The translations under genes were made by a program, and so were the position numbers. Below, in pieces: positions 19,179 through 28,274 of a stretch of 64,000 nt of DNA (its first letter is position 1; each line of letters opens with the position of its first letter). The notes beneath the pieces were generated by a model that saw only the letters and a program-made list of their open reading frames with translations, was not told where the DNA came from and ran no database searches. Source of the stretch: an uncultured Thermoleophilia bacterium (lineage in GTDB: Bacteria; Actinomycetota; Thermoleophilia; UBA2241); the NCBI GenBank assembly GCA_963736645.1, contig CAVTPJ010000004.1, positions 79,109 to 143,108 of the forward strand, given 5' to 3'.

Positions 19179-21425
19179 ATGAGCCGTTACGCCCCGTCGC
19201 GGGAACTGGTCGTCGCCGTCTGCCGCACGCTGCTCGAGCGCGGCTACCTCAAGGCGACGGAGGGCAATGTCTCCGTGCGCGTGCCCGGCGAGGACTCGTA
19301 CGCGATCACGCCGTCGAGCTACGACTACGCCCTGATGGAGCCCGGCGACATCTGCGTGCTCGGGCTCGACGGGCGGAGCATCCTCGGCGCCAGGAAGGCG
19401 TCGATCGAGTCGTCGATGCACGCCGCCGTCTACGAGCGCCGCCCGGACGTGAGCGTCATCATCCACACGCACCAGCCCTACGCGAGCGCGCTCGCGCTGA
19501 TGGAGCGGCCGATCCCCGCCCTGTTCGACGAACAGGTGCGCTACCTCGGCCGCTCGGTGGACCTCGTCCCGTACGCGCCGTCGGGGACGGGCTTCCTCAA
19601 GAAGAATGTGACGAAGAAGGTCGGAGGCGGCGCCAACGCGTTCATTCTCGAGAATCACGGCGTGCTGGTTCTCGGCGGCACCGCCGAGCAGGCCGTGCAC
19701 AACATGGCGCTGCTCGAGAAGGTCGCGCTCGACTACCTGCTGGCGCTGCTCACCGACGGGCGCGCGGAGACGGTGCCGCTGCCCATCCGCGAGATCGCCT
19801 TCAGCAAGCTGCGCAAGGACGAGAAGGAGCTCGCGCGGCAGGTGGAGGAGGCGGGGGCCGCGCGCGAGGCAGCCGAGGCGCGCGCTGCGGAGGCGGCGGC
19901 GCGGGCGGCCGCGGGCGGCCCTGCGACAGATGCCGCGACCGCGCCGTCCGGTCCCAGTGGCGCCTCCGGCGCCCAGCTCGCCGGCTACGCCATCAGCCGC
20001 TACCCGGACGTCGCCGAGGTGTACCGGCGGCTGGGCGACCTCGTCTCCCGGCCGCTCCGCCCCATCCGCCGCGACGCGATGGACGGCTACCTCGCCTGGT
20101 TCGACGCGGAGTGCCGCCGCAGCAGGGAGCTGACCGACCAGGCGGCGGAGCTCATCCCCGGCGGCGTGCAGCACAACCTCGCCTTCAATTACCCGTTTCC
20201 GCTGGCGATCGAGAAGGCCGAGGGCGCCCGCCTCTGGGACGTCGACGGTAACGCGTACATCGACTTCCTGCAGGCGGGCGGTCCGACCGTGCTGGGCAGC
20301 AACTACGAGCCGCTGCGTCGGCAGGTGGCCGAGGTGGTCGAGGAGTCCGGCCCGGTCACGGGGCTCTTCCACGAGTACGAGCTCAAGCTGGCCGAGCTGG
20401 TCAACCGCCTCATGCCGTCGGTGGAGATGTTCCGCATGCTCGGCTCCGGCACCGAGAGCGTGATGGCGGCCATCCGCGGCGCCCGCGCCTTCACCGGCAA
20501 GAAGTGGGTGGTCAAGGTCGGCGGCGCGTACCACGGGTGGAGCGACCAGATGGTCTACGGCCTGCACGTGCCCGGCACCTGGCGGTTCGAGGCCAAGGGC
20601 ATCCCCTTCGGCGCCACGGCGCTGACGCGCGAGGTGTTCCCCAACGACCTGGACGCCCTGCGCAGGAAGCTCAAGCAGAACCAGCGGATGGGCGGCACGG
20701 CGGCGGTGATCGTGGAGCCGGTCGGGCCCGAGAGCGGCACGCGGCCGGTGCCGTTCGGCTTCAACGCCGCCGTGCGCGAGCTCTGCGACGAGTTCGGGGC
20801 GCTGCTCATCTTCGACGAGGTCGTGACGGGGTTCCGCCTCGGGCTGGGCGGGGCGCAAGGCTACTTCGGCGTGCGCCCCGACCTCACCATCTTCGGCAAG
20901 TGCATCACCGGCGGCTACCCGATGGCCGGCGGTGTCGGCGGCCGCTGCGACGTCATGGCGAGATTCGCCAGCGGCATCGGCGGCAAGACCGGCGAGCGCG
21001 CCTACATCGGCGGCACGCTGAGCGCCAACCCGCTGAGCTGCGCGGCAGGGTACTTCGCCCTCAGCGAGATGGAGCGGACTGGCGCACCGGTGCTGGCCGG
21101 CATGGCCGGCGACCGGCTCACCGCCGGTCTCAACCGCATCATCGACAGGTACGGCCTGCCGTTCGTCGCCTACAACCAGGGGTCGATCGTGCACCTCGAG
21201 ACTTCGGGCGTGATGCTCCTCGACCTCAGGCACCCGGTGCGCTTCGCGAAGCAGATGAAGCCGCGCAAGCACATGATGGAAGAGATGGGCGCGGCCTTCA
21301 CCGCGAACGGCCTGATCACGCTCGCCGGCTCGCGCATGTACACCTCGATGGCCGACACCGACGTGGTGATCGACGACGCACTCGAGCGGTTCGAGCGGGT
21401 GCTCGCGAGCGTCGAGGGCGTCTGA
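19179..21425 (+). CDS. Fusion protein: class II aldolase/adducin domain + class III (GSA-aminomutase-like) aminotransferase domain
   Basis: 748 aa. The N-terminal ~215 aa (KATEGNVSVR...SSMHAAVY...IIHTHQPYASA) are class II aldolase-like. An Ala/Glu-rich linker follows (EEAGAAREAAEARAAEAAARAAAGG). The C-terminal ~450 aa have GSGTESVMAAIRGAR, DEVVTGFRLG and the PLP-Lys motif FGKCITGGYP. Confidence 0.85.
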   Translation: MSRYAPSRELVVAVCRTLLERGYLKATEGNVSVRVPGEDSYAITPSSYDYALMEPGDICVLGLDGRSILGARKASIESSMHAAVYERRPDVSVIIHTHQPYASALALMERPIPALFDEQVRYLGRSVDLVPYAPSGTGFLKKNVTKKVGGGANAFILENHGVLVLGGTAEQAVHNMALLEKVALDYLLALLTDGRAETVPLPIREIAFSKLRKDEKELARQVEEAGAAREAAEARAAEAAARAAAGGPATDAATAPSGPSGASGAQLAGYAISRYPDVAEVYRRLGDLVSRPLRPIRRDAMDGYLAWFDAECRRSRELTDQAAELIPGGVQHNLAFNYPFPLAIEKAEGARLWDVDGNAYIDFLQAGGPTVLGSNYEPLRRQVAEVVEESGPVTGLFHEYELKLAELVNRLMPSVEMFRMLGSGTESVMAAIRGARAFTGKKWVVKVGGAYHGWSDQMVYGLHVPGTWRFEAKGIPFGATALTREVFPNDLDALRRKLKQNQRMGGTAAVIVEPVGPESGTRPVPFGFNAAVRELCDEFGALLIFDEVVTGFRLGLGGAQGYFGVRPDLTIFGKCITGGYPMAGGVGGRCDVMARFASGIGGKTGERAYIGGTLSANPLSCAAGYFALSEMERTGAPVLAGMAGDRLTAGLNRIIDRYGLPFVAYNQGSIVHLETSGVMLLDLRHPVRFAKQMKPRKHMMEEMGAAFTANGLITLAGSRMYTSMADTDVVIDDALERFERVLASVEGV

Positions 21426-21454
21426 CGCCGGCGTGACCCTCGCGCCGCCGCCGT

Positions 21455-21780
21455 CCTTCTCGCCGTCGTCCTCGCGTGGCGCTGGTGGTCCTGCGGGGGC
21501 TCGTCGGGCGGTGAGCCTGGGAGTTCGAGCCGGTCGACGCTGTGCCCGGCGGCGGCGCCGAGCAGCGGCCGGAGGACTGGTGGCGTGCGCTGGTCGCCGC
21601 GACGCGGCGCCTTCTCGCCCGCCACGACGGTTCTGCCGCCGAGATCGCCGCGTGCTGCGCACGCGAGCGAGGGTCGGTGCCGGTCGACGAGGCGGGCGCG
21701 CTCCGGCGCGGCGCGCCGCACCGCGTGGCAGTTCGGCGGGCCGCTCGCATGCGGGGCATGAGCCTGCCGCGAATCCGGCA
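21455..21780 (+). pseudogene. Degraded duplicate of the 5' part of the FGGY kinase gene (23059..24663)
   Basis: By manual alignment, 21545-21650 is base-for-base identical to 23194-23299. The flanks align to ~23085-23465 only with several indels. There is no start codon, and the frame and ATP-binding motif are destroyed. Confidence 0.7.
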
Positions 21781-21994
21781 CGGCGTCCAGGTGCTGGGCG
21801 ACCACATCGACCGGGTCGACACGACCCAGACCCTCACGGACCTCCGACGCTTCGACGCCCGCGCGATCCTCGTCGGCGCCGACCGCGACTTCGCGCGGTT
21901 CCCCGGGCTGCACCGGCGAGAGCCCTGACCACGGCAGACGGCTTGAGCCGCCCCCGCGCCGGGAACGAACGCACCACCAGGGCGGGAGGTGAGC

Positions 21995-23017
21995 ATGACA
22001 GGTACTCAGGCCGCGGGAAGCGGCGCGCAGGGTCTCGGCCGCAAGGCCAGGACGAAGCAGGCCGAGGGCCTGCGCGCTTTCCTCTACGACGCCAAGGCCA
22101 AGGACAAGGAGGTCGACCTCACCGAGGGGCTCGCCGGCCGGCTCACGAAGGATCAGCTCCTGTGGGTCGACGTCGACCTCTCGTCATCGGCCGCAGTGGA
22201 GCAGCTCCGCACCCTCGTCGAGATCGACGAAGGTGAGTTCGACGAAGAGGAGCGCCTGCCGGTCAGGGAGCGCGGCGGCTCCTTCTCGTTCACCATCCCC
22301 ACGCTTCCCTCGCAGGAAGACGCCGCCGAGCTCACTCCCTTCACCTGCATCGCCGCTGCTCGCTGGCTGGTGACCGCGCATCGGGAGGAGATCGAGTTCC
22401 TCGACGCGTTCTACGAGCACGTCCGCTCGGACAGCTCCCTGGGGGAGCTGGACGCACCCAACTTCCTCGCCTCTCTGCTCGAGTGGGAGCTCAACGAGTT
22501 CTTCCTGGCCATGGAGCGCGAGCAGCGCGCCACCGACAGCATCGAGGAGCACATCCTGGGCGACGAGCTGACGAGGCAGTCGCTCGACGAGCTCGTCGCC
22601 CGCCGCCGCCGGGTGAGCTGCCTGCGCAGCGGTCTAAGCCCGCACCGCTACGTGTACGGCACCCTGGCGCACGCGAGCTCGGACGTGGTCTCGGGCAGCG
22701 ACGCGGCCGGGGACTTCGCCCTGCTCGGCGAGCGCGTCGAACAGGCGGTGCAGGCCGCACAGAGCGCCCGGGAGCTCATCGTCGGCGCGTTCGACCTGTA
22801 CATGACGCGCACGGCGCAGCGCACCAACGACGTGATGAAGGTGCTGACGGTGATCTCGGCGCTGCTGCTGCCGGCCTCGTTGATCGCGGGCATCTTCGGC
22901 ATGAACATGCTGCCCGACCTCTTCATGCACCAGTGGTTCTTCGGCGTCGTGATCGTCGTGATGGTCGCCGTGAGCGGCGGACTGCTGACGTCCCTCTACC
23001 GCCGCGGCTGGCTGTAG
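21995..23017 (+). CDS. CorA-family divalent cation transporter
   Basis: ATG 21995 is preceded by GGGAGGTG. The C-terminal two TM helices carry the signature YMTRTAQRTNDVMKVLTVIS...FGMNM (the GMN motif). Confidence 0.85.
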   Translation: MTGTQAAGSGAQGLGRKARTKQAEGLRAFLYDAKAKDKEVDLTEGLAGRLTKDQLLWVDVDLSSSAAVEQLRTLVEIDEGEFDEEERLPVRERGGSFSFTIPTLPSQEDAAELTPFTCIAAARWLVTAHREEIEFLDAFYEHVRSDSSLGELDAPNFLASLLEWELNEFFLAMEREQRATDSIEEHILGDELTRQSLDELVARRRRVSCLRSGLSPHRYVYGTLAHASSDVVSGSDAAGDFALLGERVEQAVQAAQSARELIVGAFDLYMTRTAQRTNDVMKVLTVISALLLPASLIAGIFGMNMLPDLFMHQWFFGVVIVVMVAVSGGLLTSLYRRGWL

Positions 23018-23058
23018 CTGGCGCTTCTGAGCCCGGGACCCGGTGTTATGCTCCCGGC

Positions 23059-24663
23059 ATGTCCGGGTCCTCCGTGCCCTCCAGGCGCGTCCTCGCCGTC
23101 GACCTCGGCACGTCCGGCGCCAAGGTGGCGCTCGTCGGCATCGACGGGCGCGTCGCCGCTTGGGAGTTCGAGCCGGTCGAACTGCTCGTGCTGCCCGGCG
23201 GCGGCGCCGAGCAGCGGCCGGAGGACTGGTGGCGTGCGCTGGTCGCCGCGACGCGGCGCCTTCTCGCCCGCCACGACGGTTCTGCCGCCGAGATCGCCGC
23301 CGTGTGCTGCAGCACGCAGAGCGAGGGTACGGTGCCGGTCGACGAGGCGGGCGCGCCGCTCACGGACTGCATCCTGTGGATGGACATGCGCGGCGCGCCG
23401 CACCTGCGTCGGCAGTTCGGCGGGCCGCTCAGCATGCGGGGCATGAGCCTGCCGCGAATCCGGCGCTGGGTGCGCCTCACCGGGGGCATGCCCTCGCCGA
23501 CCGGCAAGGACCCTGCCGCGCACATGCTCTACGTGCGCGACGAGTTGCCGGAGGTGTACGAGCGCACGTACAAGTTCCTCAACGTGCCGGACTACCTGAA
23601 CCTCAGGCTCACCGGCCGCATGGCGGCAACGTACGACTCGATCATGACCAGCTGGGTGACGGACAACCGCGACGCGGACCGCGTGAGGTACGACGCCGAG
23701 CTGGTGCGCGACTGCGGCATCGACGGCGACAAGCTGCCGGAGATCGTCAAGTGCACCGAGGTGCTCGGCCGGCTGACGCCTGCCGCGGCCGAGGAGCTGG
23801 GGCTGGCGCCGGAGACGCAGGTCGTCGCCGGCGCCATCGACACCACGGCCGCCGCCGTCGGTGCGGGCGCGACCGATGACTTCGCCCTGCACCTGTACCT
23901 CGGCACGTCCTCCTGGCTCGCCGCGCACGTGCCGTTCAAGAAGACCGACGTGTTCGCCAGTATCGCGTCGCTCCCATGCGCCCTGCCCGGCCGCTGGCTG
24001 CTCACGGCGCTGCAGGCCACCGCCGGCGGCAACCTCACCTGGCTGCGCGACAACGTTCTGTATCACGCGGACGAGCTCCTGGCCGAGGCGGAGCAGCCGG
24101 ACGTCTTCAAGATCTTCGACCAGATCGCGGCGCGCGTGCCGCCCGGCAGCAACGGCGTGCTCTACACGCCGTGGATCTGGGGAGAGCGCGCGCCCGTTGA
24201 CGACGGCGCGCTCCGCGCCGGCCTCTTCAACCTCTCGCTCGAGAACACCCGCGAGGACATCGTGCGCGCCTTCTTCGAGGGCGTGGCTCTCAACACGCGC
24301 TGGCTGCTCGGGCCGGTGGGCAGGTTCCTGGGCCGGCCCGTCGAGAGCATCAACCTCGTGGGCGGCGGTGGCCAGTCGGACGTCTGGTGCCAGATCATGG
24401 CCGACGTCCTCGGGGTGACTATCCGCCGGGTGCGTGACCCCATCCAGGCGAACGCCCGGGGCGCGGCGTGGATCGCCGCCGCCGGGCTCGGCGAGATCGC
24501 CTTCGCCGACGTGCCACGGATGGTCGAGTTCGACGGCGTGTTCGCGCCGTCTGCCGCGGCCCGCCAGGTGTACGATGCGCGCTACCGGACCTTTGTCGAG
24601 ATCCACAAGCGGATGCGCCCGCTCTACAGGCGCATCGACCGCGGGGCGCAGGGGGCGACGTGA
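23059..24663 (+). CDS. FGGY-family carbohydrate kinase
   Basis: I set the start at ATG 23059 (MSGSSVPSRRVLAVDLGTSGAKVAL). It has FGGY N- and C-domain motifs (GGGAEQRPEDWW, LGTSSW, INLVGGGGQSDVWCQIMADVLG). The track ORF start at 22483 is read-through over corA. Confidence 0.9.
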   Translation: MSGSSVPSRRVLAVDLGTSGAKVALVGIDGRVAAWEFEPVELLVLPGGGAEQRPEDWWRALVAATRRLLARHDGSAAEIAAVCCSTQSEGTVPVDEAGAPLTDCILWMDMRGAPHLRRQFGGPLSMRGMSLPRIRRWVRLTGGMPSPTGKDPAAHMLYVRDELPEVYERTYKFLNVPDYLNLRLTGRMAATYDSIMTSWVTDNRDADRVRYDAELVRDCGIDGDKLPEIVKCTEVLGRLTPAAAEELGLAPETQVVAGAIDTTAAAVGAGATDDFALHLYLGTSSWLAAHVPFKKTDVFASIASLPCALPGRWLLTALQATAGGNLTWLRDNVLYHADELLAEAEQPDVFKIFDQIAARVPPGSNGVLYTPWIWGERAPVDDGALRAGLFNLSLENTREDIVRAFFEGVALNTRWLLGPVGRFLGRPVESINLVGGGGQSDVWCQIMADVLGVTIRRVRDPIQANARGAAWIAAAGLGEIAFADVPRMVEFDGVFAPSAAARQVYDARYRTFVEIHKRMRPLYRRIDRGAQGAT

Positions 24664-26006
24664 GCGGACGGGCTGAGGAGCGCGAGCGGCGGGCGGTCGA
24701 GCGAGGCTACCGCCTGTACGGCTACCGCTGGGTCGTCCTCGGCGTCTTCATGCTCGTGAACCTGTCCATCCAGATCCTCTGGATCTCCTACGCCCCCATC
24801 ACCACCAGCGCCTCCTCGTACTACGGCGTCTCGGAGTCGAGCATCGGGCTGCTCGCGATGGTCTTCATGATCGCCTTCATCCCGCTGGCGTTGCCATCGG
24901 CCTGGTTGATCGATGCACGCGGCCTGCGGGTCGCTGTCGGGCTCGGCGTGGTGTTCATGGCGGTCTTCGGCGTGCTTCGCGGCCTCGCCGGCGCCGACTA
25001 CACGCTGGCGCTGCTGGCGACCATGGGCATCGCCGCGGCACAGCCGTTCCTGCTCAACTCCTGGACGACGATGGGCTCCCACTGGTTCCCCGTGCGCCAG
25101 CGGGCGACGGCGGTCGGGCTCATCACGCTGGCCAACCTGGTGGGTACGGGGATCGGCATGGTGCTGACGCCGGTGCTCATCGAGAGCATGCCCATCGACC
25201 GGGTGCAGCTGCTCTACGGGGTGTTCGCAGCGGTCGCGGCGACGGCGTTCCTGGCGCTCGCGCGCGAGCGGCCGCAGACGCCGCCCTGCCCGCCCGGCAT
25301 GGAAGAGCGGGCGCTCATGCTGGACGGACTCAAGCACGCCCTGACCGTCCGGCCCTTCCTCGTGTATCTCGCCGTCGTGTTCGTGGGCATGGGCATCTTC
25401 AACGGCGTCACGACCTGGGTGGAGCAGATCGTCCACCCGCGCGGCTTCAGCGAGACGGACGCAGGACTCATCGGCGGTCTCCTGTTGCTCGGCGGGCTGC
25501 TCGGCGCGGTGATCGTCTCGGCGCTCTCCGATCGCCAGGGCAGGCGCGTGCGGTACCTCGTCGTGTGCCTGGCGCTGGCGGTCCCGGGCCTGCTCGGCAT
25601 GGCGCTGGTCTCGACCACGTGGCTGCTGCTGGTGGCCTCGTTCGCGCTCGGCTTCTTCCTGGTCCCCGCGCTTCCCGTCGGCATGCAATACGCCGCGGAG
25701 ATCACCCACCCCACTCCGGAGGGCACCTCGAACGGGTTGGTCCAGCTGTTCGGGCAGATCGCCGTCATCTACGTGTACGTGATGGCGGCGCTGCGCACGG
25801 CCGACGGCTCCTTCACGGTGTCGCTGCTGCTCTCCGCCGGCCTGCTGCTGCTCGCCGCGATCGCCGTCTCACGCCTGCACGACGCCGCACCTGCCGGCGG
25901 CGGGACTCATGCCGCCCTCGGCCCGGCGGGAGCGGCCGAGCCTGTCGCGTCCGGCCCGGACGCGTCGCGCCCGGATGCGCCGCCCACGTCGGCTCCGGTA
26001 GGCTAG
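24660..26006 (+). CDS. MFS transporter
   Basis: GTG 24660 overlaps the kinase stop (GTGA). There are about 12 TM segments. An MFS loop motif lies around LSDRQGRRVRYL. Confidence 0.85.
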   Translation: MSGRAEERERRAVERGYRLYGYRWVVLGVFMLVNLSIQILWISYAPITTSASSYYGVSESSIGLLAMVFMIAFIPLALPSAWLIDARGLRVAVGLGVVFMAVFGVLRGLAGADYTLALLATMGIAAAQPFLLNSWTTMGSHWFPVRQRATAVGLITLANLVGTGIGMVLTPVLIESMPIDRVQLLYGVFAAVAATAFLALARERPQTPPCPPGMEERALMLDGLKHALTVRPFLVYLAVVFVGMGIFNGVTTWVEQIVHPRGFSETDAGLIGGLLLLGGLLGAVIVSALSDRQGRRVRYLVVCLALAVPGLLGMALVSTTWLLLVASFALGFFLVPALPVGMQYAAEITHPTPEGTSNGLVQLFGQIAVIYVYVMAALRTADGSFTVSLLLSAGLLLLAAIAVSRLHDAAPAGGGTHAALGPAGAAEPVASGPDASRPDAPPTSAPVG

Positions 26007-26042
26007 CGCGGGATCACCTGCGAGCGGCCTGGGAGGGTCGGT

Positions 26043-27416
26043 GTGAGCATGTCCAACCCGGCCACGGCGATCGCCGAGGCCCCCGCGAACGGGGGAGGCG
26101 CCGTCGGCGGCAGCGGAGCTGCCGGCAACGGCGCCGACGGCGCGCCGCCTGCCTCGCCTCGTCGGCCCGGGCCACGCGAGCGGCTCGTGCTGCTGGGCTG
26201 CGTCGCGGCCATCATCGTCTACCTGGTCCTCAACTACTTCGTGCTCCTCCGCCCCGGCGTCTCGTGGCTGGACCACGTGCTCGCCGTGGTGGTGCCGGTC
26301 GCCATCCTGGCCGCCACCGCGGAGCTCTGGCACCGCATGCCGGCCGGCCTCCGCGCGTCTCTCTCGCTCCTCTTCGGCGCGCTGGCCCTGGTCACCAGCC
26401 TCGTCGCCGCCGCTCGCGTCCGCGCGGAGGGTCACCTCGCGCCCGGTGTGGCCGGCGTGCTGCCGCTCGTCGCCGGCGTCGTGCTCGTCGGGATGGGTGT
26501 GTGGCTGCTGTGGACGTCGCGCAAGCGAGGCGGCAGGCTCTGGTGGACGGTCGCTCGCCGCGCCCTCCTCGCGGTGGCGGCCCTGCTCGTCGTCTACTGG
26601 ATCGTCCTGCCGGTCAGCATGGCCATCATCGCCACGGAGCGGCCGCGTGACGCGGTCGCGCAGGCCGATCTCGGCCGGCCTCACGAGGATGTGACACTGC
26701 TCACACGCGACGGCGTGGAGCTGAGCGCATGGTACGTGCCGCCACTGAACCGCGCCGCGATCGTCACCTTCCCTCGCGCCTGGACGGTGAAGCAGGCGCG
26801 CATGCTGGTGAGGAACGGCTACGGCGTGCTCATGGTCGATCCGAGGGGCTATGGCGACAGCGAGGGCGACCCCAACGCCTACGGCTGGGGGTCGACGGCG
26901 GACATCGACGCGGCGGTGGCATGGCTGCGCCGCCAGGACGACGTGCGCCGGCGGCGCATCGGCGGGCTCGGCCTCTCGATGGGCGGCGAGCAGATGATCG
27001 AGGCTGCCGCCGCGAACCCCCGCCTCAAGGCCATCGTCAGCGAGGGGGCGGGCATCCGCTCGGTCCGCGAGGCGCTCTCGCGCCGCGGACCCAACGTGCT
27101 GGAGCTCGCGCTGCAGTACCCGCAGGACCTCGTGCAGACCGTCTCGGTCTGGCTGCTCGGCGACGAGACGGTACCGCCGCCGCTCACGCAGGCGGCGGCG
27201 GAGATCTCGCCGCGGGCCGTCTTCTTCATCTACGGCGAGGACGGCCAGGAGGTCGAGAAGGCCCTGAACCCGGTGCTCTACGACGCGGCGTATCCGCCCA
27301 AGGCCATCTGGGAGGTGCCGGGCGCCGGGCACACCGGCGGCATCGCGGCCGAGCCCGAGGAGTACGAGCGCCGGGTCATCGGCTTCTTCGACCGGACGCT
27401 GCTCGGGGAGGAGTAG
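26043..27416 (+). CDS. Membrane-anchored alpha/beta hydrolase
   Basis: The N-terminal ~190 aa have multiple TM helices. The C-terminal hydrolase domain has the nucleophile elbow GLGLSMGGEQM and a C-terminal GAGHTGG. Confidence 0.75.
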   Translation: MSMSNPATAIAEAPANGGGAVGGSGAAGNGADGAPPASPRRPGPRERLVLLGCVAAIIVYLVLNYFVLLRPGVSWLDHVLAVVVPVAILAATAELWHRMPAGLRASLSLLFGALALVTSLVAAARVRAEGHLAPGVAGVLPLVAGVVLVGMGVWLLWTSRKRGGRLWWTVARRALLAVAALLVVYWIVLPVSMAIIATERPRDAVAQADLGRPHEDVTLLTRDGVELSAWYVPPLNRAAIVTFPRAWTVKQARMLVRNGYGVLMVDPRGYGDSEGDPNAYGWGSTADIDAAVAWLRRQDDVRRRRIGGLGLSMGGEQMIEAAAANPRLKAIVSEGAGIRSVREALSRRGPNVLELALQYPQDLVQTVSVWLLGDETVPPPLTQAAAEISPRAVFFIYGEDGQEVEKALNPVLYDAAYPPKAIWEVPGAGHTGGIAAEPEEYERRVIGFFDRTLLGEE

Positions 27417-27482
27417 CGCCCGGTCTGCGACCGGCGTCCGTGCAGCGCCCCCGGCCGGGAGGCGACGCGGTCGACGAGCGCG

Positions 27483-28274
27483 TCACTTCGAGAGCAGGCC
27501 CTCGAGGCGGCTGCCGAGGTAGCCGATCGAGTTGAAGCCCGTGTGCGTGAGCCACGGCGCGAAGACGCTGCCGGAGCGCAGGCGCAGCCAGCAGAAGATG
27601 GCGCCGGCGATGCCGGTGGCGAGGACGACGAGGGCGATCGCGCCGGTCTGCAGGACGACGCTGCCGGCGGTCCCCGAGGCGCCCGGGTTCGTCCCCAGTG
27701 AGCTGAGGGTCGGCAGCACATGCCAGAGGCCGAACACGGCGGAGCTCATGACGACGGCGACCCACGGCCGGTGGCGCCGCAGGTAGAGGCCGAGCAGCGC
27801 GCCGCGGAAGAGGAGCTCCTCGGACATCGCGGTCCCGAACGGGATGCGCAGCAGCAGCGTGTAGACCGCCTCGGCCGTGCTCGCGCCGACGATCGTCGTG
27901 TCGCGGAAGAAGTCCCGCGTCCACGGGAGGGCGAGCCCGAGCGCGACGGCGGCGGCGATGGGGATGAGGGTGATACCGCCGAGTCTGAGGCCGGCCCTGA
28001 CGCGGTCGCGGGCGAGGCCGAGGTCACGCCAGCTGGTCCCGAGGGCGTGGGCCGCGGCGATCGCTGCGCCGGCCGCGGCGAGGTTCACGGGGACGTACAG
28101 CTCACTCGGGATCACGCGATGGATGAGGGCGCCGTAGCCGAGGAGCGCCGCGGCGGCGCCGAACTCCAGCGCCGCGGTAGCACCCGGGCTGCCTCCGCGG
28201 TGAGCGCCGTCCGCGCCTGCCGTGCGGCCGGCGTCCGCGGCGCCAGGCTCGTCGCTACTCGATCGCGTAGTCAT
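27483..28274 (-). CDS. CPBP-family intramembrane glutamic endopeptidase (CAAX protease-like)
   Basis: CPBP motifs are present: SEELLFRGALLG, FGLWH and, in the last helix, HTGFN. Its 5' end overlaps the upstream gene by 20 nt. Confidence 0.8.
   Translation of the reverse strand: MTTRSSSDEPGAADAGRTAGADGAHRGGSPGATAALEFGAAAALLGYGALIHRVIPSELYVPVNLAAAGAAIAAAHALGTSWRDLGLARDRVRAGLRLGGITLIPIAAAVALGLALPWTRDFFRDTTIVGASTAEAVYTLLLRIPFGTAMSEELLFRGALLGLYLRRHRPWVAVVMSSAVFGLWHVLPTLSSLGTNPGASGTAGSVVLQTGAIALVVLATGIAGAIFCWLRLRSGSVFAPWLTHTGFNSIGYLGSRLEGLLSK

Noticed and set aside
19119-21662. Very long ORFs on the opposite strand or in alternate frames of real genes. Examples are 19119..21662 (-, 847 aa), 32540..35068 (+, 842 aa), 52169..53956 (-, 595 aa), 8725..10308 (-, 527 aa) and 56060..57706 (-, 548 aa).
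   Set aside because: Their translations are Arg/Ala/Gly/Pro-rich low-complexity strings with no motifs. They mirror well-supported genes on the other strand. These are typical stop-codon-poor shadow ORFs of a high-GC genome.
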